A stretch of DNA of 64,000 bases from Blastocystis sp. Blastoise (taxonomy: Eukaryota > Protista > Bigyra: Opalinata). The notes under the pieces are model-generated. The model had not been told where the DNA came from and searched no databases. It was given only the letters and a program-made list of their open reading frames with translations. Of the stretch, positions 47,067 through 62,559 are shown one piece after another (the first letter of the stretch is position 1; every line of letters begins with the position of its first letter). The translations under genes and the position numbers were made by a program. The stretch covers positions 496,001 to 560,000 of the forward strand of contig JBBPEB010000006.1 of the NCBI GenBank assembly GCA_039096225.1. Direction: 5' to 3'.

Positions 47067-48363
47067 TAGAGATTTACAAAAAACCGTATATGAATATATC
47101 ACCGCTTTTTTTTTTGAGAAAACCGTATATACGGTTTTTTCATTTCTCAGTCAAAATTCCATATTCGGTTTTAAAACCGTATATGAATTTTATTTTACTT
47201 ATATAAAGTCAAATATTAATTTTTTAAAATTGTTTTTTGTTTTATAAGTGTTATATCAGGCTTATTCATATATTTAAGTTATTTCTTGATATTCTTTTAG
47301 AAATATTTTATTATTAATTAGATTATATAGACAATAAAGAGATTTAAGCTTAATCTAGTCATATTACAAACATATAATAACTGTTTCTGATAATCTCAAG
47401 CAAGTTATGGGTAGATTAAACTCTATTGATAGTAATCACTTTTTGTCCATTTTGATTGAATCAGTTAATTGTTCTTATTCAATACTCTAATCTGCGTTTA
47501 TCAATATAAAATGAAGTAACTTCTTTTGGAAATACTATGAATCCGTGACTATAACATTTTTTTACATTATCGGCTATATTTGACTCTATATTATAAATAA
47601 TTACATAATATGATATATATCATCACTTCTCAATGTATTTTATAATATTATTATAATTTCATTGAAATTTATCTATCATAAAATGAATGATGTTTTTTAT
47701 TCTCTTAAATACTAGTTATAGCTATATTAAAAGCATGAAATATTTATATAGAGAGATATAAAGTATAAATGAATCATTACTACTATTAATGAGTCAAATA
47801 AAAATAGAATCAATGTACAATTAGTGAAAATGTAATATCAGTTATAATTTATGATATGTAATTATTTATGAAGATGTTGACATGATAGAGCACATTAATC
47901 TGAAAGATATTAAAAACATTTCACAGAATATGTAGTTTTTTAAAGCTCATCAAATGTTGATTATATTAGTTTATTGTGTATTAAATAGCATTTATAGTAA
48001 AGGAGAAATATTATAGTATAAAAAATATCAAATTAAATAATTAATTGCTTATAAAATAGTACTTATATCATGAGTATTTCAACAATATTAGTTTTTACAT
48101 ATATACATAACATAATTAACATTATCATAATATAGTAAACAATAAATTCGAAGATACTTTGTGAACAATGTCAACAAATGGAATTGTTTCTTTTTTTTCT
48201 AAGTTTCTTTCTATTACAACTATAATTCTTATGAATATACATAATTAATAAACAATAAAAAAAAAACATTAAAAGAGATATAAGTAAAATAAAAAACCGT
48301 ATATACGGTTTTCTCAAAAAAAAACCGGTGATATATTCATATACGGTTTTTTGTAAATCTCTA
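47067..48363. mobile_element. Non-autonomous hAT-type DNA transposon, 1297 bp
   Basis: ~75-bp TIRs (TAGAGATTTACAAAAAACCGTATATGAATATATCACC... and its reverse complement ending CTCTA); 8-bp TSD AAGAAAAA at 47059-47066 and 48364-48371; no internal ORF. Confidence 0.9.
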
Positions 48364-48459
48364 AAGAAAAATCTCTTCTTCATACTTGATTTTTCATTAT
48401 TTCGATAGTTATAGATTGAGTTACTGAAAGTTACTTTGTTTTTTAAATTAATAAAGGAA

Positions 48460-50731
48460 ATGGTTAAAGAAGGAGTTCTACTTGATCTTGATTCTATCAA
48501 TCAACTAAAGGATATTGCTTCTGGATTTGATGAATTGATGAAGAAAGTTGTTGATGGATTCACATCTATAGTATCTGAAACTCTATACACTGGAAAAGCA
48601 TACCATGATGTTCTGAAGAATTTAAATAATAATAATAATGCAAATGAAGAAGATAAGAATTTGAATTGCAAACAATTTCAAAATGAAAAGAACAATAATG
48701 TGAATGAAGCTATGAATATGAGTAAAAGATATTATAATAATGCTGTAGATACTGATTTGATTCGTTTTTCTAGTGATGGTCCTGTATTTTCCATATCTAA
48801 AAGCATTCTCAATTCAATTCAATATTCTTATATATATGAACAATCTGAAGAAGAAATGAGAACTAAAGATGGAACTATATTTCTTGATTATCGAGGAAAC
48901 GATATTTATGTATATTATTTATTAGATTATTTGAATGGAAAAGAAGTTGATTATAGTGTATTTGATATAAAAGATAAATTGGAATTACTTCATTTATATG
49001 AATTTTGTAATATAATAATTCCTGTAGAATTAGTTGGTTGTCGTGAAAAAAGAGATGATAATAAAAGGAAATATAAAGAAGGTGATGAAGTTTCTCTTTT
49101 TATTAATGGAAAGAAAGAAGATGTTATAAAACAGTATTTAATTAAGAATGAGATTTGGAATGCTTTTGTAATGAAGTATAATGATGGATTCGTTGATTAT
49201 AATTTTATTGATAATTCTTTCTCTATGAGTTTGAAATGTGATACTATAAAATATATTACTCAATATGCTGAACATGAATTTTGTCATATAGTAGAAACAG
49301 TCAATAATGATTTGAATATTAATTTATTGAAAACAGAAATGTATACTCTATTTGGTGATAAAGGAAGGCAATGTATTATAGATATGATGAAAAGACCTAC
49401 TGTATTTCTAGAATCAAAGATTATTAATAAGAAATGTTTTGAGACTTCATTAGTGAATTGGCTTGGTAAACAAAAGAAATGGAAATTATTATTTAGGTAT
49501 GTTATTATTTATTATTATCTATGTTTATAGAGCAAGTGACCATAATTTTAAAGCAAGTGAATTCCATAAATATTGTGATACTAAATGTCCTACTGTTACT
49601 ATAATTAAACATATAGGTCATGATGATAAGATTAATATATTTGGAGGATATACAGATCAAAATTGGGAATCTAGAACTGAAAATTGTATATATATATTTA
49701 TTATTATTATTTAATAGTATAATACAATATAGGTTGGAAATATGATAGTGGGTCTTTCTTATTTACATTAAGTAATGAGCATGATATTCCTCCTACTAAA
49801 TATGATATACTTGATCCTTTTAATGCATTATATTGTGATATGAATAGTGGCCCTTGTTTTCTAGATATAAGTATTGAAGAGGATTGTCATAATAACAAGA
49901 ATAGTTATATTAATGGTAAAACTGGTGCATATTCTCATAGTCTTACTCCTCAATTTCGATCTTTATTTGTGAATACAGCTGGTCCACAAGAGCAAAATAA
50001 TTTTTGTGTTGATGAATATGAAGTCTATGAATTAATACCAAATCCTGATTTATATTTACCAAATTCTATTCTTATTAATGAAGAAATGGGTAATGAGTTA
50101 ACTAAATGGTTTAAAGGGAATAAAAAATGGGAATTATTATATAGGTATGTTATAATATTTTTTATAGTATTATATATATAGATGTTCTGATGAGAAGAGA
50201 AGTATAAAGAAATGGCATGAGAAATGTGATGATAAAGAATCATTAGTAATTATACAAGGAAAAGGAAAAGATGGTCAATCGTATATATTTGGAGGATATA
50301 CTAGTGTTGGTTGGGGGAAGAATCATAATGATATGGAAAATCCACTTAGAAGTATTTATATTAAATGAATAAGTATTTATATATATATAGAAGGTACAGG
50401 ATTTAGAGCAGATCCAAAAGCCTTTCTATTTTCATTAACAAATCCTCATGGACATAATTATACGAAATTAAATTTTAATCCTAAAAAATTAAATAGTGCA
50501 TTAGTAAGCAATGATTCATCATTTGAACTTACATTTTGTTATGGTATATATTTATGTACTCAAATTGATAAAGATCGATTTACAAATGGTAGTAATGAAT
50601 TTTTATATAATGAAGATCCCGTATATATATCTCCTTATCCTGAATTAGGAAATAGTTTCTTTGTTAATACTAATAAACCTGGTGAAAGAAATATCTTTGA
50701 TTTAATTGATTTTGAAGTGTTTACGAGTTAG
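48460..50731 (+). CDS. BTB-like + two TLDc domains (copy 2)
   Basis: Paralogue of copy 1; a second TLDc follows (KWELLYR...YIFGGYT...AFLFSL...DFEVF); short GT-AG introns. Confidence 0.88.
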
Positions 50732-51325
50732 TCATAAAAAATGAATATCAAAAAACATTTATCTTCTTTTTAATTCAGATTCTATTATTTGTTCTTTTAA
50801 ATCTTTTCTATTCATAAAAACGTATATGTCATTAATAGAATTTATATGTATATGTGTACAGTACATATATATATTTTCTTTATTAAATACTATATATATT
50901 TATATCTACTTTTTTATTAGTTTTTTTAACATTATTCTTATTAAAATATATTTTTTCTTTTAGAATTATTAACCTCACAATGTAATAACTTTTTTGTTCT
51001 ATAATAATTATTTATTCTATAATATACTATTCATTCAAATTAAAAAATACATGAATTATAAATAATATCCAACAGTAAGGACATGAATATATTAAAATAT
51101 AATATAATATATATATTAACTAAAATTGTTTAGATATCTTTTTTATGATGTCAATGATATGTAGATTCTATTATATATTTCACAATTACTAAACATATAA
51201 AAAAAATAACAAATAAAAATGATGATAAAAATAGTAATAACTTATAATACAAATATAAAAAAAGAAATATATATTTTCTTAGTATCTCAAATAGATTCAT
51301 TCATATAATAGAATATACATATATA

Positions 51326-52912
51326 TTACGCTCTTCCCCAGACTTCATAATCTTCAACTTGAAAGTAATTCTTTTCATCTGGACCAGCAGTATTTACAAA
51401 TAAGGATGATCTTTGAGGAGTATTTATCCATGTGAAAGAAGAAGCTTTTGTATATGTATATACATTGTCAGTATCACATTCATCACTTAATGCAATATCT
51501 AAACCACTTCCAAATACAAGACCCCAAGAAGAAGCACATAAAATACCTCTACCATTACCATTATGTAGATAGTGAGTAGGAGGAATACCATGCTCATTAC
51601 TTAAAGTAAATAGAAACTCTTTAGAAGCAGGTTTACCTTCTGAGAAAAATATAAAATAATTATATAAAATAAATAAATATACCATATAAACCAGATTCCC
51701 AACTTTGATCTGTATATCCTCCAAATATATTCATAATATTATTATGACCTTTATGTTTAATAAGTATAACTGTTTCTCCTTGATTATCACAATACTTATG
51801 GAATGCTTTTCTTGAATAATTATGTTCACTTGCTCTATATATATAATGATATAATATAATATAATAATAACATATATACATAAATAATAATTTCCATTTC
51901 TTTTCTTTACCTAACCAATTTACTAATGGAATTTCAAAACATTTCTTTTCTATTATAGTAGAGCTCATAAATACATTTAATTTTCCTATCATTGCTTCTC
52001 TCACAGCTTCTCTTCCTTCTTCACCAAAAAATTCATATATTTCGTTCTCTAATAATTCTTTATCAATATGACTAATCATATCTTCTTCTATATATATATA
52101 TATCTATTATTCACATATTCAGTAATATATTCAATATATTCATATTTCTTATTCACATATAAACTATCATCAATATGATTATAATTAATAAATCCATTAT
52201 TATAATTCTTAACATAATTATTCCATAATCCATTATTTATCAAATACTTTTTAATATTATCATTCTTATTTCCATTTATAATCAAAGAAACTTCATCTCG
52301 TTTCTTATATTTCTTCATCTTTGTATCTCTTCTTTCTCTACAATCTATTAATTCTAATGGAATTACTAAGCCACAAAATTCAAATAAATCTAATATTTTT
52401 AATTGTTCTTCATAAGAAAGAGAATCAAAATTTACTTTCTTTCCATTCAAATAATTAACTAAATAATAAACAGCGGCATCATTTCCAGGATAATCAAGAT
52501 ATATAGATCCATCATTTGTCCTAAGTTCTTCACTACATTGTTCTTCAATAAAAGAACCTTTCAAAGAATCTAAAACAGATTTCGATATTTGAAATATAGG
52601 ACCATTATTGGTAAATCTAATGGAATCCATATTATCATCATCTTTGTCATCCATATTGACATTCATATCTTCATTATTCTTATCTTCATAAACACATTTC
52701 TTTTCAAAACCATTTTTTCCGCTTTTATTATTAATATAGCCATCTCCAATATGTTTTATAAGTCTATTAATCGATATTCCAGAATGTATTCCAAGATTCA
52801 TTACTGATCCAAATACATTAACTACGTCTTTCATCAATTCTTCAAATACATTAATATCCTCCTTCAATCTATTGAATTTATCAATATCAAATAACACCTT
52901 TTCTTTCACCAT
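51326..52912 (-). pseudogene. BTB-like + TLDc (copy 3), frameshifted at a (TA)n run near 52090 (pseudogene or assembly slip)
   Basis: Close paralogue of copy 1; two extra nt give TAG at 52088-52090; otherwise appears intact with two introns. Confidence 0.65.
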
Positions 52913-54485
52913 TAATGAAATAATGCTAATTAAATAAACATAGTTTTTTCCCTGTTTATTTTTTTTCAATAAATTTCTTATTTTTCTTCATTATTCTCTT
53001 ATTATTCACATATAAAAACTAGAATTATATTAAATGATTAATATTGAATGCGATCTACAAAAATATCTCAATAATTTCCCAAAATAGGTAACTCATTGTG
53101 GATCTTCGCTTATTCTTTTACTTAAAATGATGTATTGAATACTAATTAAAAATATAGAGGATACTAAAAGCAGAGTTGTATGTCTAATCAATTTATATTT
53201 CTTACATCATTTACATTTTGATTGATAACTAACTTATTTTTAATATATACGTTTCTATTATTATTTACAATATATCCATACATTTATATCTGATAACTAT
53301 TACTTATCTAGAAATGAATAACTCTATTCTTTTGGTAATCATTCCTGATTTCTGACTATATTTAATACATTATTATTTATTTTTATATTATATTTGTATA
53401 ATATGTTTCTATTACTCAGATTGAATTACTTCTATTACTCTTGATAAAATTATCACTCCTGTTCTTTCTAACTCCTTCTTCTTACTCTTCCATGTCTATT
53501 GTATATTACTTTACTCCCCTATATATTTTTACAATAATTTATGAAGACATCAAAATTAGCATATTCATATAGATAATATATTATCATATATTTATGATGA
53601 ATAACAACTATCTTTGATATTTTATTCAATAATATATTATTGGTAATAGAAATATATATTGTTTATGTGTATCGCTTATGTATCAATAGATACATATGTG
53701 AATTAAATATAATTTTATTTTACCTATAAGTAGTACATAATTCTCAAATAATATCGTGTTTAAAATTATTTAATATTTAAATCTAATAAGAATTAAATCA
53801 TAAAATATTTTATTACTCTCAATGCATTTTGATAAAAATATATTTCTAACCAAAATGTATAATAATACAATTATAATTAGATTCGTTAGTATTTTTATTT
53901 AATTATGTATATACTCATATCGTTATAAACTGTTATATATTAATATGAAAAATAGGTTTCATTAAAATATGTGTTTTAATTATTTTAGAACATTTGTTGA
54001 AGAACTGTTTTATTAAGTATAAAAAATATTATAAATAAAATAGTAAATAAAAAAAAAAAGTATTATTATAATCTTATAATATATGTTAAATTGTCTATCA
54101 AGAAAATCATTAACGTTAATTTATTTTTAAAAAATAATGCTAAAAACAGCTTTAATTATACATGACGATATTATTGTTTTAATCATTATTCTGTAGAATT
54201 ATTTATTAAGTTAACACTTCATGAAAACTATAAAGTTAAATTCATAATAAACATTATTTGGTATTCTATTATATATATCATTTATTTATGTAACTAAAAT
54301 TTATAATTTATTTAATCACTTGTAGTTTCTAATTTTCAAATAAAAACAAAGAAGATATTAATAAAATTATATATATACTTTATATAACGTTAATAAATGA
54401 AGAATAATCATGACAAGAAATTTATAAATAAAACAATTATAATATAAGTTATAAATAATCATATATTCAAAAGAATTAAATATTC

Positions 54486-57400
54486 TTAGTAAAATTTATA
54501 ATACACGTGATTTTCCTGACTAAATGAAGAATCCTTTAATTGTTGTTTGCAGATATTAGCTTGTTCAGATGAAATATCATCAGCTATATAATATTATTAA
54601 TTTCAATAACTATATACATACCTAAACAAAAATTCAATGCTTTCAATTTAGGAAATTTTCCAGTAGTAATACATTTAGTAAGTTTTGGCAATTGTTCCTC
54701 ATCATAAATATCTATAAAAAAAGAAATTTCATATAAAAAGAATAAGTATTAATATACATAATGCTAAACTTTTTATATTTTGAGTTTTATTTTCATTAAT
54801 ACACTCTAATAATGTTTCTATCTCATATTTACTCATTGTTGCATCTATATATATAATATGTTATTATAAAAAAATATATACTTTGGGTACCAATAATTGT
54901 ATTTATAAATGAATTACTATCATATTTACATCGAAGAATTGAATTATTTGGGTCATAGATATAATCATCATCATTATTATTTTCCCATTCTATAGAAATA
55001 TAATAATAATGAATATAAATGGAATGATTTAATTGATGGCATACCACTTAATCGGACAATACATGAGGATGGAAAGTTGGTATTATTTATATAATTACAA
55101 ATTGTTTTAATAAAATCTAGCCACCATTCTCTATCGTAATAGTTATCTATATATATATGTATTATTTAATAAAAATAATTATTATATAAAGAAATACGTG
55201 TACATAAATATACATGATTCATAATAAAGAAAAAACATTATTATTCAAATATATACAAATCTTGATAGATTTTAATTGAGGGAAATTATCTGTAGTATAT
55301 AGTTTACAAAAAATATCATTTGGCATATCATTAATTCCTAAATTAATATTTATAAAAAGATTAGGATGAAATGTAATATATTATAGGTAAAACATTATAT
55401 CATTTAATATATATACGTAGAATTAATTGAGTTGTTTTATGGAAACAACCTTTAAGAATTAATCGATTTATAAAAGACATAGTACATTCTAATAATAATA
55501 GTAATTAAAAATTAATTGAATAAATTATTTATTAACAAAATAATTACATATATATAAATAATTACCTTTTATTGTAACAATAGAAGCCTTAGGAATTATT
55601 TTCTCTACTATATTTTCATATGCTGTTAAATATTCAGATGATGAGTATTCATGGATAGAACTCACTATATATATATTCATATATTTTATAATATAGCATA
55701 CAACCAATCGTTAATTGTTGAATAGTATTAAACTTATTGTCATTAAAAAGAGTTGATATCCATGTTAAATATTCTATACTTATACTACCATAATCGACTA
55801 TTGATATTAAACATGGAATAATAATCTATTTAAAGAAAGAATATACATGAAACACTTAATTCATTTAAATTCTTTAATACATCACTATTTAAGAACGTTT
55901 CTAATGAATTTCTGACATTAATTTTGTATTGATCATCATCTTCATCATTATCATCTTCATCATCACTATCATAATAATCATCACTATCATAATAATCATC
56001 ACTATCATAATAATCATCTATAAACGAAGAAATATGTAATAGTATTATATATCAACAATATACTTATTATTAAGATTAATAAATACCTTTAAATTCTATA
56101 TATAAACTATCAATATTTTGCTTATTATTTTCAATAGACTCAAACAAATTTATATTTGCAGAACGAGAAGAATAAACTTTATAGAACAATATATAAAATA
56201 TATAAAAAATATAAATAGAATAAAAAGAAAAAAAGAATATTTCATACATGAAAGATAATCAATTGAAATCAGATTTTTAGCAAACAATTCATTTAGATGC
56301 GGCAAATAACAAATAGAATCATCTATATTATAAATAAACAAATATATTTAATTATATATATAGTATTATAATCTTAAATGTAAAAATTTATAATACACAT
56401 AATTATACCAATTATATCAATATGAATTGAATGAGTATAAACTATTTCATCTAAAAGAGAAGCTATTTCCTCTTCTTGATCAAAAACAATTTCATTTATA
56501 CGAATAGTATCAATCATAGATATTAAATTAACAGGAAATAGAGAATCAAAATTGTCAGTAGCTAAATTAAGAATAATAATTTTTTTATTAACATATAAAT
56601 ATACTTAATTTTATTTCATAATTGATAATATGTAATTTAGGGAAACATTCTTTCTTTATTAAAGATAATTTGAAAGATTCTATAAATAATAATAATAATA
56701 ATAATAATAAATATATATGTATACCATCATTATCATCATCATAATTCTCATTATTATCATCACTATCATCTTCATCATCATCTTCATCATCACTATCATC
56801 ACTATCATCACTATCATCATCACTATCATCACTATCATCATCATATATAATCTCAGTAACATTAGGAAATATATGAGTTGTCATTATTTTGTTAAATAAA
56901 TTCTCATCAATTTGTTTACTTAATTTCTTAACTATGCAGAATTATATATTAATAATAGTTCAAAAAGAAAATACTCCACTTAATACTTAATGTAGTTATA
57001 GAATCAAAAACACCTTCTTCAAATAATTTCATAAAAACTATAACATTACAGTGAAAATCCCAATCTAAAATAAATTAACATATTTATTATATATGTATTT
57101 ATTTACAGTCATAAAAAATAATTTTTGAAATACACAAATAGGAAGGAAGAAGTAATAATTGAGATATACCATGTTCAGTAGATACTTCATGAATACTATT
57201 TAATGTATCAGAATAAAATGTATAATAAAAAATAATATAATTATTTACAAGAATTTCTTATCATTTGTTTTAACTATATATAATAATAATAAACTAAATA
57301 ATATTCTTATATTATATATACCACCATATTCAATTCTGATTTCATCATCTAATTCATATTCATCTTCTTCTTCATTAGTTTCTACATTTGAATAATCATT

Positions 57401-58457
57401 TGTATATATAGCTTCATTAACTACATATTTATATAATTTAGGTAATTGATTCTTTTCTCTTCTTTTATTATAGGAATCGATCAAATCACGTGAATAATAA
57501 TATTTATTAAGATCTAAAGAAGAAATCTTATTATATTCATTCATTTCTGATTTAGTGTAATACTCATATTCTTCAGGATGACCTATTCTATAGTTATATT
57601 TTTTAAATAAGCGAATATATTCCATTATATATTCATCACTATTTGGATTCAATAATAGTTTAGTCTTCTTATAATGCGTTGTTACTATATATATATATAT
57701 AATGAAATATATGTATATACCAGTTATCTCTACTTTCTTTAATGATGGGAATATATCTTGAATACACGATGGACATATATATTCTAATGGAATATTCGAA
57801 GAATAATCATCTATACATTATCATTATTTATACTAAATCAAATATATATATATATATATACATTCAATATAAACTTTAGTAATATTCATCATTTTAATAA
57901 GAAGAGAATAATAGAATAATTCATCTTTTCTTTTTGATGTAAATAATTCTATATATTTATCATTAAAATTTATTTCTTTCTCTTCTAAATTGAATAATTC
58001 CATAGGCATACATGATTTTATGTCACATAAATAATGTACATCTACATCATAATTATTGTCTTTCAAATATATATAAAATAGTTCCCTAACATGATATAAT
58101 AAATCGCTTTGAACTTTTTTATCAAGTATAACTGAGTATTCAAAAAGTGTTTTATATATATCATAACTATCTTTCAAATTTAATGAAAATACATCCATGT
58201 TATCTTGCATTAAAAAATCAATCACTTGTGCAATATGAAAAGGAAGCATATCTATGTAATAACTACCATCCTCATATTCTTCAGAGTGTTCAATGATATC
58301 ATAAAAGGATAATTGACGATATTTCTCAATGAATTCTTTAGAAATCCATAATTGACTCTCATCTTGAAAAGTAAATAAATCTAAAAAATTGAATAACACA
58401 TTATAATCATATATAAATACATTTATCTTCAGTTAAATGAAATTCTGCTGTTGACAT
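54486..58457 (-). CDS. BTB/POZ-like N-terminal protein with degenerate LRR-like and acidic repeats, many exons
   Basis: ATG 58457; FTFQDESQLWISKEFIEKY...DGSYYID resembles the N-terminus of the 40086 gene; repeated FPxL motifs; GT-AG junctions in frame where checked. Confidence 0.7.
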
Positions 58458-61400
58458 TACTTGAATTCAACTATAATTACTGAAGAATAATATGTTATTA
58501 TTCTTAGAAGATATACCTTGATTTAATCAATAAATAAATACTTTCAGATTTGTTATAATAAATAATAAATGAATGAATTATAAAATAATAAAAAAACTAG
58601 ATTTTTCTAAAAGGTAGTACGAATGAAAAATTAAAAAATGACTCAATAAGATAAGAATTTCCACGGTTTTTATTCAGTCTTTTTCAGATAAACTTATTTG
58701 AGATTAAAGAAGTTTTCAGAAAGAAAACATATTATTCGCTATTTCAAAGCATATTATTAGTATTCATTGAAAATGAGATTCTCTTTATGTTTCTATTATA
58801 GTATAGAATACATTTATTCTCAATAAAATGAAAAATAATTGTAATTATGTCAATCAAGTTGAAGAAATGGAGTATATACTTTGTTTAGGTTATTGAAATT
58901 AATTAGAAAAATGTTACTATTATCAAATCATTAATTATTCTTTCAAACATTATATTTTTACAAATCAAATTAATACAAATGAATGATATTTGTCTTAAAA
59001 TATCATTTAGATATCTATTAAGATGTAAAACATAGTTTCATATATGAAATGATTATCAAAGGAACATCACTCGTATATTCTGAAGTGGAATCACATTAAA
59101 TATATCTGCTTTCTTCAACAAATCTTATTATTATGTTCAGAATTCTCTACTCTTTTCTTTATCAAAATCAAGCGTATTAACTATTGTTATCTGCCTTAAA
59201 TCCTTAGATTAAATGAAATACATATAAAGATAAAGATATTATATAAGCTATTAATGCATATAATATGAAATACATTGCTTTCTTATCATTATACAGATAT
59301 TCATAGTTTTTTATATTTAGCTTATTTCTAAAAATCTACTCATTTAGTTCTTTCCATCAAGTATAATCATAAAAACATATTTTAACAATATTTTTAAACA
59401 TATATTTATATTATATTTATTATAATAATTTTCTATGAACTCTATGATAAATAAAATATGTATTTGGATACTTTTTAATATATACAAATAACCTATTAAT
59501 ACTATTACTATGTATAAAATATATTTTTAACTTTAACAATAAAAGAAAATGGAATATTTACTCTCTTAATTAATATTAATAAATCTATAAAAAAATATAT
59601 ATAAATAATAATAATATAATAAAAAGAAAACTAACCACACTATCTTAAACAAAAATATTTATCGTTTTCTTGTCATATCACTAGTAAGAATAGCTTCATA
59701 GCAATTATCAACAATAAAATAATAAAATAGTTGTCTTAGTAATATGATTATATCATTTCTTACTCATAAAAGATAAGTTTAACTGAAAGTGATACTAAAA
59801 TATCGTCATAAAAGTGAATAAAGTCTTTGAATATCTTATTAGAATGCATATTATAACACATTATTAACTATTTTAACAAAAATAATATATAGTAGCATCT
59901 TAGTTTTAATAAAATCATTACTTTAATTGGTGTGAAATATCTGTAAATCTTATAAAATTGAAATTAAGTATATTTATTAATATTTATTACTTTCACTTAA
60001 ATTATTCATAATATATAACTATCATAATAAGATATAAATTTAAACTAACAAAATAGAACATTAGAGTTGAATCTCGAATAATAAAAAGAATAGATAATTA
60101 TATAGAAATGGAAAGATATATATATATATTTTAATATATATATATAAAGATTAGTATCAATATCAAGAAATCTATGAATAGAAAACATAAAAAATTATTA
60201 AGTAATACCAGAAGATATATCAAGAAATAAAAAAGATATATCTATTGTATTTGGGAATAAAAAAAGAATTATGATAATAGTATTATTAGTGATATAGTGT
60301 TTCTATATGAATATAAATAATAATAACAATACTAGATAATGATTTGAAAAATTATATATGATATAAAGTAATATAAATATAGTCCCAAAATATGAAATAA
60401 TAAATGAATATCATAAAAGCTTAATAAAAATAATAATGTAATAAAATCTCTATTTCAAAAGAAAGTAAATTATGAAAGAGAGCAAACAATAGAACTAAGA
60501 GGATGAACAATTATAAACAAGTGTACATATATATATAATAAAATATTTTATATAATAATTGTTTATTATTCACTTCATATACTAAAAATATTGTGTACAG
60601 AAGATACATATGATAAAAAAATGTAATATATAAAAGGTTAAATAAAATTCTAGTATATAAGAGTAATTTATGGATTATATTATAAATAATTAAAACTAAA
60701 TAACAATAGAAACATTAAAGATATAAAGAATAAAGAGATATCTTAAAGAAATAATATCATTGTTTGAGTATATATATTGAAAGAAAACTATACATTTATT
60801 TTTAAACCAACAATAATATTATTAATTTGATAACAATAACATGATTGAGTAAAAGTGTAGTAAAAGATATGGTTTTCTTTAGTTGATTAGTTAATACATT
60901 TTCATTGAAATAATTGGAAACAGTGTCATATTCAAATAAAAAAATATCAGGTAAATTATGTGAGAAATAATAAGCTTTATGTTCTTTTCTAATATATTTG
61001 TCTATTATTTATTTTTAAAAAAAGTGTTTTTTAATGAAGCAATTCTTTTCATTTAATGAAAAATAGTTCATTTTTTAAATAGAATATATATATGTAAAAA
61101 TATTAATAATAGTTTATAGTAATAAAATCTAATTAAAAGAATAATTTAGACACTATTTACTTTCTATATAGTTTTATACTCTATTATTTAATATAGTTGA
61201 AAAATATAATTAAAAACTATATTTAAAAATAGAGTTCTTGCATAGATTATTAATAGCTATTTAAAATATGATTAGACATTTATATTATCCTAACTCTTAT
61301 TTATATATCTTTTTTATATAACTAGTGAATTTTATATAATAAATATATAATTCTATAAGTTTATTGCCTTTTTACTTTTCTCAATTTGTTTTTTAATAAC

Positions 61401-61784
61401 GTTATTATGTATGTATATATTTAAATAATTAATCACATATATATTCTACTAGTTTTATTATATGAATATATTTTTAATTATTTCTATTAAATATATTAAC
61501 GATTAGTGTATAAAAAATAAATAGTATCATCTGCTAAATTTATGATATTGACATATATTGTTTAATTTATAGAATACTATAAAAAATAATTATATATATA
61601 TTTAAGTTTTATAAAAACTATTTATAAACAAAATTCAATAGAAATCAATCATCTATTAATTATTAATATAGTAAATAAATATATAAAATAATTTAAATAA
61701 GAAAAAATATTAATAAAATAATCTTATTTATATAATATAATAGTTATAAAATTGTTATAATAATTCATAATATATAAAAAATGA

Positions 61785-62281
61785 TTTCTTCCTATATTTC
61801 ATAATCTTCTATTATAAAATGATTCACCTTCTATGAACAGCCAATATTTACAAATAAAGAATACTCTTTATTAGTATTTGAAATACTAGAGTGATTTGCA
61901 ATACAAGAAGAATTTATATTACTATAACAATCCTCTACTATTTCTAATCATCACTCCTATAATCAGTATAATATAAATAACAACATATTCTACTTTTTTA
62001 TTACTATTAGTATAATCATAGTTCGTTTGATGAATACAATGCTCGTTGTTTAAAAATAGAAACTCTATTGAAAATGGTTTCCAACCATTATATTATATAT
62101 TGAATAATCTATTAAAATGAAATTTGTATATATACTAAATGAATTATCTCAACTTTAATCTGTATATCCTCCAAATATATTCATATGATTATTATGATCT
62201 AAATATTTAAGTCACTGTTACACCTTTATTATTATAATAGTTATAAAAATCATCTTTAGAATACTTATATTCAATTGCTCT
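61785..62281 (-). pseudogene. Decayed TLDc-family gene remnant
   Basis: Translates as AIEYKYSKDDFYNYYNNKGVTVT...HMNIFGGYTD*S*...SLFVNI...FIIEDYEI*, with stops and frameshifts. Confidence 0.8.
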
Positions 62282-62299
62282 AAATATATATTAATAAAA

Positions 62300-62559
<260 letters not shown>

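Noticed and set aside
48171-48500. 109-aa ORF as a possible transposase of the hAT element
   Set aside because: Straddles the TIR and the neighbouring gene; no transposase motifs.
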